Made by a program: the position numbers and the translations under genes. Positions 36,568-46,887 of a DNA stretch of 64,000 nucleotides are shown piece after piece. The notes under the pieces were generated by a model. It had not been told where the DNA came from. It was given only the letters and a program-made list of their open reading frames with translations, and made no database searches. Positions within the stretch are counted from its first letter, which is position 1; each line of letters starts with the position of its first letter. Source of the stretch: an uncultured Gammaproteobacteria bacterium (GTDB lineage: Bacteria > Patescibacteriota > Microgenomatia > Levybacterales > GWA1-39-11); the NCBI GenBank assembly GCA_964427615.1, contig CAYRUR010000001.1, forward strand, positions 119,303 to 183,302, in the 5' to 3' direction.

Positions 36568-37236
36568 ATGGAAAAAAAACTATATATCGGCAATTGGAAA
36601 TCACACAAAACGAGTGATCAGACTAGAGTTTTTTGGCAGCAATTTGCTAAAGAAATCGAAAACATTTCCCTTACCCATCAAGAAGTAGTTGTCTGTCCTT
36701 CTTTTACAGCACTTGGTGTGAGCAGAGAACTAATCAGATACCATGCTTTGCCAGTAAAACTGGGATCACAAGATATTTCCCCTTTTCCAGAAGGAGCCTA
36801 CACAGGTGAGGTAGCAGGATCTCAGCTGAAAGAATTAGCAGATTATGTTATTATTGGTCATTCAGAACGTCGGAATTTATTGAATGAAACCGATAAAGAT
36901 GTAGAAGAGAAAGTAACACAGGCAAAAGCACAGGGTCTTATTCCTGTTGTATGTGTTCAGGGATCAGAGACACCAATTCCAGCTGAAAGCAAGTATGTGG
37001 CCTACGAGCCAGTAACAGCCATTGGTACTGGTAATCCTGATAGCCCTGAAAATATTGCAGCAGTTTTTTCTGCTATTCATAGGGACCGGCCGGATGTTAC
37101 CCTGCTCTATGGTGGCAGTGTTAATGAGGAAAATGTAAAAAATTTTATGCACATTCCTCTTTTGTCTGGTTTTTTAATTGGGGGTGCAAGCCTTGATCCA
37201 GGTACGTTTGCCCGCATTATTCAATCTCATGAGTAA
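36568..37236 (+). CDS. tpiA: triosephosphate isomerase
   Basis: GNWK, GAYTGE, IIGHSERR, AYEP, LYGGSV, LIGGASL. Confidence 0.95.
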   Translation: MEKKLYIGNWKSHKTSDQTRVFWQQFAKEIENISLTHQEVVVCPSFTALGVSRELIRYHALPVKLGSQDISPFPEGAYTGEVAGSQLKELADYVIIGHSERRNLLNETDKDVEEKVTQAKAQGLIPVVCVQGSETPIPAESKYVAYEPVTAIGTGNPDSPENIAAVFSAIHRDRPDVTLLYGGSVNEENVKNFMHIPLLSGFLIGGASLDPGTFARIIQSHE

Positions 37237-38365
37237 AAGAAGAAAAATTACGATTATTGCTGTCAGTACTCTTCTGCTTTTAGGTGGAATACTTTTTTAT
37301 TTTAGAGCATTTTTGCCTCTTTTTGTAACGGTTGCATCCCCTATCCCCTTGCAAACACCACAAGAAGAAAAAGATTTTAATGTACTGTTGCTCGGTAAAG
37401 GTGGAGCACGTCATGATGGACCAGATTTAACAGACACGATTATGGTAGCCAATGTGCAGCCTGCCAAAAATAGAGTAAATCTGATTTCTCTTCCTCGTGA
37501 TCTATGGATCCCGCATATTCCTGGAAAGATTAACACTGCTTATGCTTTTGGACAAGAAAAGGGAGATGGAAAAGGTATGCTACTAGCAAAAGCTGTAGTA
37601 CAGAGAGTAACAGGAGTAGATATTGATTACGTCTTTGTTCTGGATTTTGATGGCTTTACTACGCTAATAGACCATTTGGGTGGTATTGATGTAAATGTGA
37701 AGCGGTCATTTGATGATTATGAATACCCCGTAGAAGGAAATGAAGCAGACTTATGTGGCCATACAGAGGAAGAAGCTGCACGCCTGGCAACTGAGTCAGC
37801 AAGCATGCTTGAAGTTTTCCCATGCCGATATAAGCATCTGCATTTTGATAAAGGTGTGCAGCATATGGATGGAAATACAGCGCTTGAATTTGTTCGTTCC
37901 CGTCATGCATTGGGTCCTGAAGGAAGTGATTTTGCCCGCAGTGCCCGTCAGCAGGAAGTGATTAAAGCTACCCGTGAAAAAGCACTCTCTCTTAACATTT
38001 TGTTAAATCCGGTAAAAGTGTTAGGTATTTATGATATTGTAAAACAAAATATTGACACTGATATTCCTGTAGAACAGTATGATAAATTTGCCAAAATTGC
38101 AAAGAGAATGAGTGACGTAACTATTAAAAGTTTTGTTATCTCAGAAGATGATCTCAGTAATGATACCTATGGATTGCTTACCAACCCTCCTACGGCAAAA
38201 GAATATGGATACCAGTGGGTACTTGCTCCCAGAGCTGGTAATGGTGCCTTTGATGAGATTCGGGAGTATGTAGCCTGTGTTATCAGTGGTAATAACTGTC
38301 TTATCACCAAAACAGGTATTAGTAGTATGCCAGCAACTGGTTCAGCAGAACTATCAACGCACTAA
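37229..38365 (+). CDS. LytR-CpsA-Psr (LCP) family glycopolymer transferase
   Basis: LTDTIMV, ISLPRDLW, KINTAY, FVRSRH, SDFARSARQQ. Confidence 0.92.
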   Translation: MSKRRKITIIAVSTLLLLGGILFYFRAFLPLFVTVASPIPLQTPQEEKDFNVLLLGKGGARHDGPDLTDTIMVANVQPAKNRVNLISLPRDLWIPHIPGKINTAYAFGQEKGDGKGMLLAKAVVQRVTGVDIDYVFVLDFDGFTTLIDHLGGIDVNVKRSFDDYEYPVEGNEADLCGHTEEEAARLATESASMLEVFPCRYKHLHFDKGVQHMDGNTALEFVRSRHALGPEGSDFARSARQQEVIKATREKALSLNILLNPVKVLGIYDIVKQNIDTDIPVEQYDKFAKIAKRMSDVTIKSFVISEDDLSNDTYGLLTNPPTAKEYGYQWVLAPRAGNGAFDEIREYVACVISGNNCLITKTGISSMPATGSAELSTH

Positions 38366-40512
38366 TTACGGACTTTATAAATGGTTACCCCTGGATTTTG
38401 ATAGATCACACTCCCTAACGTTTGTAACTGTTCTTCTTTGAGGAATGGATATTTTTCTCGCTCCAGGTTGCCTACATAAATGTATGAAACATTGTACTTT
38501 TTAAGTACTGCTCTTGCTTGTGGAAGGGTACCTTCATAAATAGTTTTTACCTCGTTGATACGAGGAGAAACCATTTCATAGGTTCCTCTCCAGAGCCATT
38601 CATGTACAGTCCACCCCATGATAGTAGGAAGACCAGTATTGGCAGAAATGCGCTCGTAGTCTGTATATGATTCTCCCTGTGCTTCAACCATAATAGGTTG
38701 TCCATTAATGTTTTTGTTGATCCAGTCAATCGCTTCTTTATCGTATGGGTGAAGAATATCTAAATAAGCAAGTCCATTCAGTCCTTTATAGGCAGAAAGG
38801 TTGTTGTAATAAGAAGAAATTGCAAAGTATGGGTAAGCAAAGATGGAAACTAACAGCACAATACTTGCAAGCATCAGTATTGTATTGCGAGCTGGTTTTA
38901 TGACTGAAATGATCACGGCAGAAGATACTAAGGAAAGCATAATAAACGCTTGATAGCCAAGCTTAAACATAGTATTAGCGCGATAATGTTGGGGGTAAAT
39001 ATCTTTTACATAGATAAATTCAGGTGCCAACAAAAGCAGTAGTGAAAGAAAAAGTAAGGCAAGTACAAATAACGACTCTCCTTTTTGTACTTTTATTTTT
39101 AGGGTTAAGAAGTAATAGATAAAAACAGCCCCAAAAAAGAGGAAAAAGCCATGCAAAATGAAAAATTGCCACCAGACAGAGCGTTGACAATGGTTTTGCT
39201 CAAAAAGAAGGGGTCCTAGTTTGCCAAGATGGGTTAAAAAGTCAGGAGCACAAATTACACCAACTCCAGAGACAAAAGGTGAAAAATGCAGACTAAAAGG
39301 CAAAGAAAAAAGGAAAAAACCAATAACAAGCGTTGCCATAGAGGCAAAAAGAGGAAGCAAAGTATTAGAAATTCTCTGGATATTTTTTGGAAGTGAGATG
39401 GATATTTTTTTAAAAAGAGAGATAGTTCGTGATCCTTTGAAACGTAGACGAGGGATAAAAAGCAGGAGAAAGATCAAAAAGCTAAGAGTCAAGTAGATAG
39501 CCCCATCCCAGGCATTGGTCATGTACAGCACTGCTATAACCAGTGATAAGAGAATGAGGAGTGGAAGGTGGACATTCTTGGTTTTGTAGATGGATAAAAG
39601 AAGTGCAATAGTGAGTAATACAAATGGAATATCAAGCACATGTCCATGCAAATCTGAGACAACAAAAGAGTAAATCGGAAATTCGTGGATAGTAAAAGGA
39701 ATAAAACGAGTTGCATTTGGGTACCAATAATCATTCGGAAATGTTTGTAATGAAAAGGCAAGGTTCCAAAAAGGAAGGGGGTTATCAGCAGGGTAGGAAG
39801 TGAAAAAAGCATACAGAGTGTGCAGGTTACCTCCTAGCGAAACCAAGAATCCAGCAAGAATTCCCTGTACTACTCTATTTGTTGTAAGTTTTTTGGTAGC
39901 GGTAAGCAGATGGAGTCCAATTGAAAAACTTAAAGAAAATGTGAACGCAAAAAGAGTGGCAACCATGAGGTTAAAGGTAATAAAAGCAGGGATACTGCTT
40001 ATTTTGGTAAGGACTGCGGTAACCAGATGCCCAAAGTAGTAATAATTAATGGAAAGAGGTGCAAACCACATATCCTTAGGCGGAAAATACTCGCTTCTTA
40101 AAATCGAGTTAATAAAGCCAAAATCCATGTATTTCTCAAGTCCTTGGATACTTGGCTCGTGTCCTCTGATATATACCCAAAAAAGAAAGGTTGCTAAGAA
40201 AAGTAATTCTTCTGCAACCAACAATTTTTTATTAACGGTACTAACAGATAAAAAGTTCTTTTTTAACAAAAGGCTATTGATGCCAAAAGCAATGAATAAT
40301 ACAGTGAGTATGGTGTAAAAATGAAACGGCGCAATATGAAAAATACCCAGAAGAAAGATAGTGTAGGATAACAAAAGAACTCCTAATACTTTGGAAAACA
40401 GGTAACCTCTATCCAAAAATGACGGAAAAAGAAGTGCCGTAAGTGGAAAAAAAATAACACCGATATAAAATAAAAGCAGCCACCATTGTGTAATAAAGAG
40501 TATGTCGCTCAT
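38362..40512 (-). CDS. DUF2298 (YYY-motif) GT-C-like membrane protein
   Basis: EKYMDFGF, PPKDMWF, INYYYFGH, DLHGH, NTMFK, GWTVHEWLWR. Confidence 0.88.
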   Translation of the reverse strand: MSDILFITQWWLLLFYIGVIFFPLTALLFPSFLDRGYLFSKVLGVLLLSYTIFLLGIFHIAPFHFYTILTVLFIAFGINSLLLKKNFLSVSTVNKKLLVAEELLFLATFLFWVYIRGHEPSIQGLEKYMDFGFINSILRSEYFPPKDMWFAPLSINYYYFGHLVTAVLTKISSIPAFITFNLMVATLFAFTFSLSFSIGLHLLTATKKLTTNRVVQGILAGFLVSLGGNLHTLYAFFTSYPADNPLPFWNLAFSLQTFPNDYWYPNATRFIPFTIHEFPIYSFVVSDLHGHVLDIPFVLLTIALLLSIYKTKNVHLPLLILLSLVIAVLYMTNAWDGAIYLTLSFLIFLLLFIPRLRFKGSRTISLFKKISISLPKNIQRISNTLLPLFASMATLVIGFFLFSLPFSLHFSPFVSGVGVICAPDFLTHLGKLGPLLFEQNHCQRSVWWQFFILHGFFLFFGAVFIYYFLTLKIKVQKGESLFVLALLFLSLLLLLAPEFIYVKDIYPQHYRANTMFKLGYQAFIMLSLVSSAVIISVIKPARNTILMLASIVLLVSIFAYPYFAISSYYNNLSAYKGLNGLAYLDILHPYDKEAIDWINKNINGQPIMVEAQGESYTDYERISANTGLPTIMGWTVHEWLWRGTYEMVSPRINEVKTIYEGTLPQARAVLKKYNVSYIYVGNLEREKYPFLKEEQLQTLGSVIYQNPGVTIYKVRN

Positions 40513-40568
40513 AGCTATATTATTTTCTGTTTCGTTTTTTTGATATTATGCAGGTAGAAAAAGCTTTT

Positions 40569-41138
40569 TTATTTTTTCTTTTTTTCAAAATACAGATTAT
40601 AAAATTCCAGTAAGTCATGAATAGGAGTAATATTTTTTGGTAATCTCTTTTGAGGTAACCTCTCTCCATTTTTTACCCAATAGAACTGTATTTTAGGGTT
40701 TTGTTTAGCAAGATACAGGAGTAAATCTAAATCATCATCAATAAAAGTATCGATTTTTGTTTTTTGGATAACTCTATTTTTTTCCAAATGGGGTTGTTTA
40801 TTTTTAAAATTAAAATGAATTTCTTTAAAAAGAGGTTGCATATTGTGTCTTATTATCCATTCCTCTGTTTTTTGTTTTAAAAAACCGAATCTTCCAGATA
40901 TTAAGTAAAGGTCATGATTATTTTGTTTGGCTATTTTTTGCAGAATCTGGACATTTTTTGTAATAGGTTTGCGCAACACTGGGTGGTGGGAAAGAATGCG
41001 TACTTTTTGTTCTATTTTTCCAGGAATACGGTATGACAGTCTTCTTGTTCTTTTTTTATACAGAAAATGAACAAGAGACGTGGGAATAAATGGCGGGAAA
41101 TTTACAAACACTTTGTCAAAATCAAATCCTATTTTCAT
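40569..41138 (-). CDS. HAD-superfamily phosphatase-like protein
   Basis: MKIGFDFDKV motif I, ISGR, FIDDD. Confidence 0.75.
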   Translation of the reverse strand: MKIGFDFDKVFVNFPPFIPTSLVHFLYKKRTRRLSYRIPGKIEQKVRILSHHPVLRKPITKNVQILQKIAKQNNHDLYLISGRFGFLKQKTEEWIIRHNMQPLFKEIHFNFKNKQPHLEKNRVIQKTKIDTFIDDDLDLLLYLAKQNPKIQFYWVKNGERLPQKRLPKNITPIHDLLEFYNLYFEKKKK

Positions 41139-42184
41139 AAAAATTTGTTAATAATTTCGAGTAGCTTAAAATTCCAAATTGTTTTATGGGTTTTGCCGAC
41201 AGTATGTAAAAACTCTTTGCGATGTTCTTTATACCAATCATAACTTTCAATGAGAATTTCTTTATTTGATTTGGTAGGAGTAAACCGTAACTGCTTTTTA
41301 GCTTTTTCAATACTGACATAGGAATTAACGGGAAAGGTTTTGTAATGCCAGGCAACAATAGGAGATAAATGCAGTTTTTCCAAAATTGCCAGAGCTGTTT
41401 GGGTAGGCAGTACGGGTAAAGATAAAATTTTGGACTGTGATTTGGCGTGCTTGATAAGTGCTGAGAGATCTTTTTTCCAGGTATCATAGCGATCAGTACC
41501 TACATTGAAAATTTCACCATCTTTTTTAGTAAGGAGCGCAGATTCGATTGCACGACAGAGATCTTGTACTTCAAGGAGTTGGTAGAGGTTATTTCCTTTG
41601 CCTAAAATAAACACGGGCTTATTGTTATATATTGCTTCAAACCACAGGGTAAAAACACCTAGTCGTTCTGGCCCTAAAAATGTTTTGGGACGCAGAATGT
41701 TAAGGGATAATCCTTTTTTATGATATTGAAAGCACAATTTTTCTCCCGCAGCTTTTGATTCTCCATAATAACCGATAGGATAAATTTCGTCTGTCTCTTC
41801 TTCAGGTAATTTTTTGGGTACTCCATACATAGCGGTAGTAGAGATAAAGATAAGTCGTTTTACTTTTTGTTGTAAAGTTGCCTCAAGTACATTTCTGGTA
41901 CCCTTTACATTGACATCAAAAATATACTCTCTATTTTGATGAATAGGTAGTGCTGCTGCAGCATGGACTACGTAGTCTACTCCTTTTGTGGCTGCTAGTA
42001 TTTTTTTCTTATCTCGAATATCAGCTGTAATAACCGTAACTTTTCCTTCTAAGTCTTTGGCAGCAAGTGGAGCAATGTCATAAAGGATGACGTTATACTG
42101 TTGTTTTAAAAAATGGCGAGCCAAATGGGTCCCTAAAAAACCAGTTCCTCCAGTTATTAAAATAGTCTTTTTTCGTTTTGGCAT
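41135..42184 (-). CDS. NAD-dependent epimerase/dehydratase (extended SDR)
   Basis: GGTGFLG, HAAA, STTAMYG, YGESK. Confidence 0.9.
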   Translation of the reverse strand: MPKRKKTILITGGTGFLGTHLARHFLKQQYNVILYDIAPLAAKDLEGKVTVITADIRDKKKILAATKGVDYVVHAAAALPIHQNREYIFDVNVKGTRNVLEATLQQKVKRLIFISTTAMYGVPKKLPEEETDEIYPIGYYGESKAAGEKLCFQYHKKGLSLNILRPKTFLGPERLGVFTLWFEAIYNNKPVFILGKGNNLYQLLEVQDLCRAIESALLTKKDGEIFNVGTDRYDTWKKDLSALIKHAKSQSKILSLPVLPTQTALAILEKLHLSPIVAWHYKTFPVNSYVSIEKAKKQLRFTPTKSNKEILIESYDWYKEHRKEFLHTVGKTHKTIWNFKLLEIINKFL

Positions 42185-42256
42185 ATACGTATTGTACTAT
42201 GGTACGTAAGAAAAATAAAATCCTTCATGTCTTTGTTTAACAAGTAAGACTGACTT

Positions 42257-43942
42257 TTATAGGCGTTTAAAGATAATAACATGGGGATGATCATAAACCG
42301 TAAATGATTCATCAGCGCTTTGATCATTGATTGTTATATTCGTAAAGGGAATAGTAGGAAAACTAGTAAATTCTGCCACTTTTTGAAAACCTAATGCTCC
42401 TGTTAATAACTGGTGATAATAGGCTGCTGTAAGGGGATAGCAGAAGTTAGGAGATAATTTTTGGCAGTTAGTCAACTTTTGTAGAGGCTCAGCAAGTCTT
42501 TGAGAAGAAAGAATAATATAATCTGTCTCTAACAACTGTTCTCGAATCAAGTGCCATTTTTGAGTGGTATCAGGTTGATAAAGATCTAACGTGATAAAGG
42601 TATATTTATTGCTATCATACAGTGGCAAGGCATCATCCCAGTACTCTACTGCTAGGCTGCTGTCTGCAGGAATGGAGCGATGGATCCAGTCAGAGGCTTG
42701 CATACGCGTATGGTCTTTTGTGTAAATCTGCATAAAGCTTAAAGGCCAGATAAGAAGAAGTAAAGATAAAACAATACCTAGCGCAAGACTTTTTTTAAAT
42801 GAAAAAAAAGCAAGTATTTTTTCAAAAAGGATGGCAGCAAAGAGAACAATCAATGGATAGACAGGCAACATATATCGCATCCACCCTACAGCAAAACTAC
42901 CCACTATTGCTAAGTGGAGCAAGAAAAATATCAGCACAATAACCAGTGGTAATTTCTCTTTTTTCTTTTTCCAAATACTAACCAGAAGATAGAAAAAACC
43001 TGTTGCAGCAAAAAGAGATAACAAGGGTCCTAGTCCCCACAGAAAGATTTGTTTTAGCTGATACCAGTAGGGAGTAATGCCTACATACTGCAAGGTGTAA
43101 GGAAATGTGAAAGCACTCTTGGTCATGACTGCTTGTTCTGTTGTTTGCTGCCAGAATGAGTCAAAATCAATAAAGGCATAGGGTTCAAAAAGAAAAAGAA
43201 AAAGTACCCCTACACCAGTAAAAAAAAGTGCCTGCGTTAAAAATAAAGAAATACTTTTTTTTAAGTTTTTTTGTTTTTTGGCAAGATGGGGATAGATGGT
43301 TTTTGCCATCAGTGCTATGCCAAGCGGTGCAATAAGAAGAATAGCACTTATTTTGGTAGCTATGGCTGCAGCTGTAAAAATAGCCAGTAAAAGTATGTTT
43401 TGCAAAGAAGGAGTTTGTAAGTAGCGGATGATTTGCCATAAGGTAAGGATAGTAAAAAAAGTGAGAAGAATATCAACTGCATAAAAGTGGGATGTTTGGA
43501 TAGGAAAAACAGCAGTGGTATACAAGGCAGCTACAAGAAGCCCTGTTTTTTCTGAAAATAATTTTTTTCCTATAAAAAACAATACTAACACAGTTCCAGT
43601 ATCTGCCAAAGCTGATAAGAGTCGGCCTAAAATATTAATCTTAGTGTAATTGCCAAAATCAGGATCAAGAAAAGAGAAAGGATAGGCAAAAAGTTTTAAT
43701 AGGTAAAAAGGCAGACTGCCGTAAGCAAAAAAATGAGGATTCAAAGGACTTTGCTCAGAAAAAAAAGCAGACAACGAAGAGGGTAAGGAGAGTTTTTCTA
43801 CAGTCATCACAATAGCTCTTTCATCAGGATGTAAATGCGTTCCTTTATCCCAATTGATGTTGTATGTTCTGAGCAGAAAAGCCAAGAAGAGAATGGCAAG
43901 TAATATTCCTTTGGTGATGGGAGTAAGATGTTTTTTATTCAT
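42257..43942 (-). CDS. GT39/PMT-like GT-C glycosyltransferase
   Basis: HLHPDER, NPHFFAYGSLP, many TM helices, FTVYDHP. Confidence 0.85.
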   Translation of the reverse strand: MNKKHLTPITKGILLAILFLAFLLRTYNINWDKGTHLHPDERAIVMTVEKLSLPSSLSAFFSEQSPLNPHFFAYGSLPFYLLKLFAYPFSFLDPDFGNYTKINILGRLLSALADTGTVLVLFFIGKKLFSEKTGLLVAALYTTAVFPIQTSHFYAVDILLTFFTILTLWQIIRYLQTPSLQNILLLAIFTAAAIATKISAILLIAPLGIALMAKTIYPHLAKKQKNLKKSISLFLTQALFFTGVGVLFLFLFEPYAFIDFDSFWQQTTEQAVMTKSAFTFPYTLQYVGITPYWYQLKQIFLWGLGPLLSLFAATGFFYLLVSIWKKKKEKLPLVIVLIFFLLHLAIVGSFAVGWMRYMLPVYPLIVLFAAILFEKILAFFSFKKSLALGIVLSLLLLIWPLSFMQIYTKDHTRMQASDWIHRSIPADSSLAVEYWDDALPLYDSNKYTFITLDLYQPDTTQKWHLIREQLLETDYIILSSQRLAEPLQKLTNCQKLSPNFCYPLTAAYYHQLLTGALGFQKVAEFTSFPTIPFTNITINDQSADESFTVYDHPHVIIFKRL

Positions 43943-45587
43943 GTTTTACTTCAAAAAGATACACAGTAGGTCTGTCAAAAACATATGCTGTCTCTTCAAG
44001 ATATGTTTCAAAACCACCCAGATAAGCAATTCTACAAAATAGGTTGCAGTTTGTTTTATAGACCAATTCATACTTTTTTTCATCAAAAAGCCCAGTGTAA
44101 AAAGAATGTCCTGCAGGAAATTGCTCAGGCTGGGAAAGACGAGATTTTAACACTCTTTGGCTCGGAAGTAGCACGTAATTTGTCATCTGTAACTGCTGTT
44201 GTAAAAGTTCTTTTTTTGCAGAGTCTTGGTCAAGTGAGTAAAAATCAAAAATAGTAATAGTTTGGGGCAGTTCTTGAAAGGCGGTAAGTCCTACATCATA
44301 CGGTTCACTTAAGAGGTGTTGTTGAGGAGGAAGGTTTTGTTTCATCCAAGATGAGGCATCTACTCTCGTATCTGGATATAAATATACAGTAACGAAAAAG
44401 GATATGCCAAATAAGGCACTGATGACACTTATCGTTACAAATGCAAGGTACTTATCTACAGCAAGTGAAAAAGGTTGAATAAGTTTCGGCACTCTCTCAT
44501 ATGGAAATCGAGCTACCAGAAGAGCAATAAAAAGGTATATAAATGGCAGTAATGGCACCATGTAACGGGTCCATTTCACAAATAAAAATGCTTGCGAAGC
44601 AAAAAGAATAAAAAAAGCTAGCAAATATATGCCAAAAGAATTTTTATATTGTATGCTTTTCACAAAAAAGAACACTAAAGCAGGAAGCATAAGAAGGGTT
44701 AGAAGTGGATTAAGTAAAAAAGGAAAGACTTTAAAGAGCTGAAAGACAACAGGTGTAGTATCAATAAATCCTTGAGTATAAAAAACAGGAAGACTGCCTG
44801 TAGCAACAGAAGACTCATATTGCATGCTGGCTAAAAACGAAGTGGTATCTAACAAAACATATGGATTGCTTACGACAAAAATACTTACTGGAATAACAAA
44901 AAGAAAAACAGTGTAGGCAATAGATGTGTATATTTTTTGGGATAAAGGTGTTGCTTGATGGATAAGATCATACAGCAACACAATAAAAGGTAATGCCAGT
45001 AGTGGTAAAGACGAGACTTTTAGGGCAATACTTATTCCTAGACAGATAGTAGAGATTAGGAAAAAGAGCAATCTTTTGTTTTTTATATAGAGTACTAAAG
45101 TATATACAAAGGCAAAGTAAAAAAAGGTAAGCCACATTTCATAGGTCCCAAAATGAGTATATTGGATAAGTCCTGTGCTTACTGTTGCCAAGAAAAGGGC
45201 AAAAATGCCTGTGCTCTGCTGATCTAGTTGTTTTGCAGCTTTATAAATGAGGATAAGTAGTAAGGTTGAGAAAAGAACGGAAAGAAAACGAAGTATTAAA
45301 ATAGCTTGCTCAAAAGTAGCTTGAAAAGGAGAAATGCTCTGTCCAGTAAGCCTATTCCACACAACGGCTGTTGCATACGTGAGATAAATAGGCAAACTAC
45401 CATAAGCAAAAAAATGAGGATTAAGGTTATCAGGATAGGATAGATTTACAACAGCTGAGGCAATGTTGCGTTCATCAGGATGAAAATAGTAAGGAGCACC
45501 CCAATTAAGGTTATAGAAACGTAGCAAAAATCCAAGGGCAACAATGAGAAAGAGAAAAAAAGAAACGGAACGTGGATAACTTTTCAT
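43935..45587 (-). CDS. GT39/PMT-like GT-C glycosyltransferase (paralogue of the adjacent gene)
   Basis: FHPDER, NPHFFAYGSLP, VFDRP. Confidence 0.85.
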   Translation of the reverse strand: MKSYPRSVSFFLFLIVALGFLLRFYNLNWGAPYYFHPDERNIASAVVNLSYPDNLNPHFFAYGSLPIYLTYATAVVWNRLTGQSISPFQATFEQAILILRFLSVLFSTLLLILIYKAAKQLDQQSTGIFALFLATVSTGLIQYTHFGTYEMWLTFFYFAFVYTLVLYIKNKRLLFFLISTICLGISIALKVSSLPLLALPFIVLLYDLIHQATPLSQKIYTSIAYTVFLFVIPVSIFVVSNPYVLLDTTSFLASMQYESSVATGSLPVFYTQGFIDTTPVVFQLFKVFPFLLNPLLTLLMLPALVFFFVKSIQYKNSFGIYLLAFFILFASQAFLFVKWTRYMVPLLPFIYLFIALLVARFPYERVPKLIQPFSLAVDKYLAFVTISVISALFGISFFVTVYLYPDTRVDASSWMKQNLPPQQHLLSEPYDVGLTAFQELPQTITIFDFYSLDQDSAKKELLQQQLQMTNYVLLPSQRVLKSRLSQPEQFPAGHSFYTGLFDEKKYELVYKTNCNLFCRIAYLGGFETYLEETAYVFDRPTVYLFEVKHE

Positions 45588-45591
45588 GTTT

Positions 45592-46884
45592 CTATGCTTT
45601 TTGATCCTCCACCATGATCTGAGCTGCTTTTTCACCAATTTCTACTGCATAATTGGTTCCTCTATCCCATGGATAGACTTGTTGCATATTGGCAAGGTAC
45701 ACATTTTGAAGAGGAGTTTTAATAGAAGGAATCATCTTGGAATAATTAACCGGTACAATAGGTTGTGCAAACGGTGCTTTGAAGATATGTGCTTGGATAA
45801 GCGTTTTACGGTAGTCCGTGTTGATCTGTTTTAAGAATGGATCAAAGCGTTTTAATAATTCTTCTGCACTGAGCGAAAAATGAGGATGATTGGCAGGAAG
45901 ATAATTGCCTAAATATACTAAGTGGTCATTGTTGTAATGCTTTTTGTTCATAAAATGCGTGTGTTCTACAATAGCCATCACAGGTGCATTTTTCTGACAA
46001 ATACTGAGCCAATAGGTATTGCTAGGCAAGAATTCTTTTTTAAGTCGCAATACCAGATTGATGGCTCCTAATCCATTAAGTTTTGCCAGTTTTTTACTGT
46101 AGGCAGTAGGAAGGTCAGGAGTTATCTGATCAAAAAGAGCTGAAGGAAGGGTTACTAACACTTTATCAAATTCCTGCACTGTTTTTTTTGTCTTTTTTTG
46201 GGTGTGTACCGTGATTTTATTGCGTTTGGGTTCTATACGAGTTACCTGTGTCTCAAAGTAAAAGGTAGCATTTTTGTTAGATAAAAAAGAGACAAGATGT
46301 TCTGCAAACCGCAGAAAACCACCCTCAGGATAGGCAAGAGAACTGGTTCTTTTTTTGATACGCGCCCAAAACCAGGCAAGTGAAACATCTGTGTGGTAAT
46401 CTCCAAATTTATTGACGAGCTGCGGTTCCCAAATAGTTTTATATGCTTTTTTTCCCATGAGTTTTGGTAGCATAGTTGCTGCATTAACCTGCTCGAGCGG
46501 TTGCCAAAATGGATCAAAGCGTAGTGCTGCCAGAACTCCGGCCATACGTAGGCGCTCAACCAGTGACAACTGAGGAAATGTCAGGATGTGTAAAGGAGAG
46601 TCAAGTTGGAAAATTTGATTATCAAGATAGACTGATGTTTTTGGGCGCTTAATAAGAACAGGATACTGTATGTCTGAGGCTAGTTTGAGAATTGCTTTAT
46701 CATTAGTAAACCAGTGATGATAGTGCTGCTCTAAAGTCCAGTTCCATTTATCAGTTTGAAATCCAAGGGCCAGTCCACCTGCAGTCTTATCTCTTTCAAA
46801 CAGAGTTACGGTGTGCCCTTTTTGAATTAATGTATAAGCAGCTGATAAACCCGTAAAACCGGCTCCAATAATTGCAATATTCAT
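45592..46884 (-). CDS. FAD-dependent oxidoreductase (protoporphyrinogen/amine oxidase fold)
   Basis: IAIIGAGFTGLSAA, ERDKTAGGLA, YPWDRGTNYA. Confidence 0.88.
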   Translation of the reverse strand: MNIAIIGAGFTGLSAAYTLIQKGHTVTLFERDKTAGGLALGFQTDKWNWTLEQHYHHWFTNDKAILKLASDIQYPVLIKRPKTSVYLDNQIFQLDSPLHILTFPQLSLVERLRMAGVLAALRFDPFWQPLEQVNAATMLPKLMGKKAYKTIWEPQLVNKFGDYHTDVSLAWFWARIKKRTSSLAYPEGGFLRFAEHLVSFLSNKNATFYFETQVTRIEPKRNKITVHTQKKTKKTVQEFDKVLVTLPSALFDQITPDLPTAYSKKLAKLNGLGAINLVLRLKKEFLPSNTYWLSICQKNAPVMAIVEHTHFMNKKHYNNDHLVYLGNYLPANHPHFSLSAEELLKRFDPFLKQINTDYRKTLIQAHIFKAPFAQPIVPVNYSKMIPSIKTPLQNVYLANMQQVYPWDRGTNYAVEIGEKAAQIMVEDQKA

Positions 46885-46887
46885 GTG

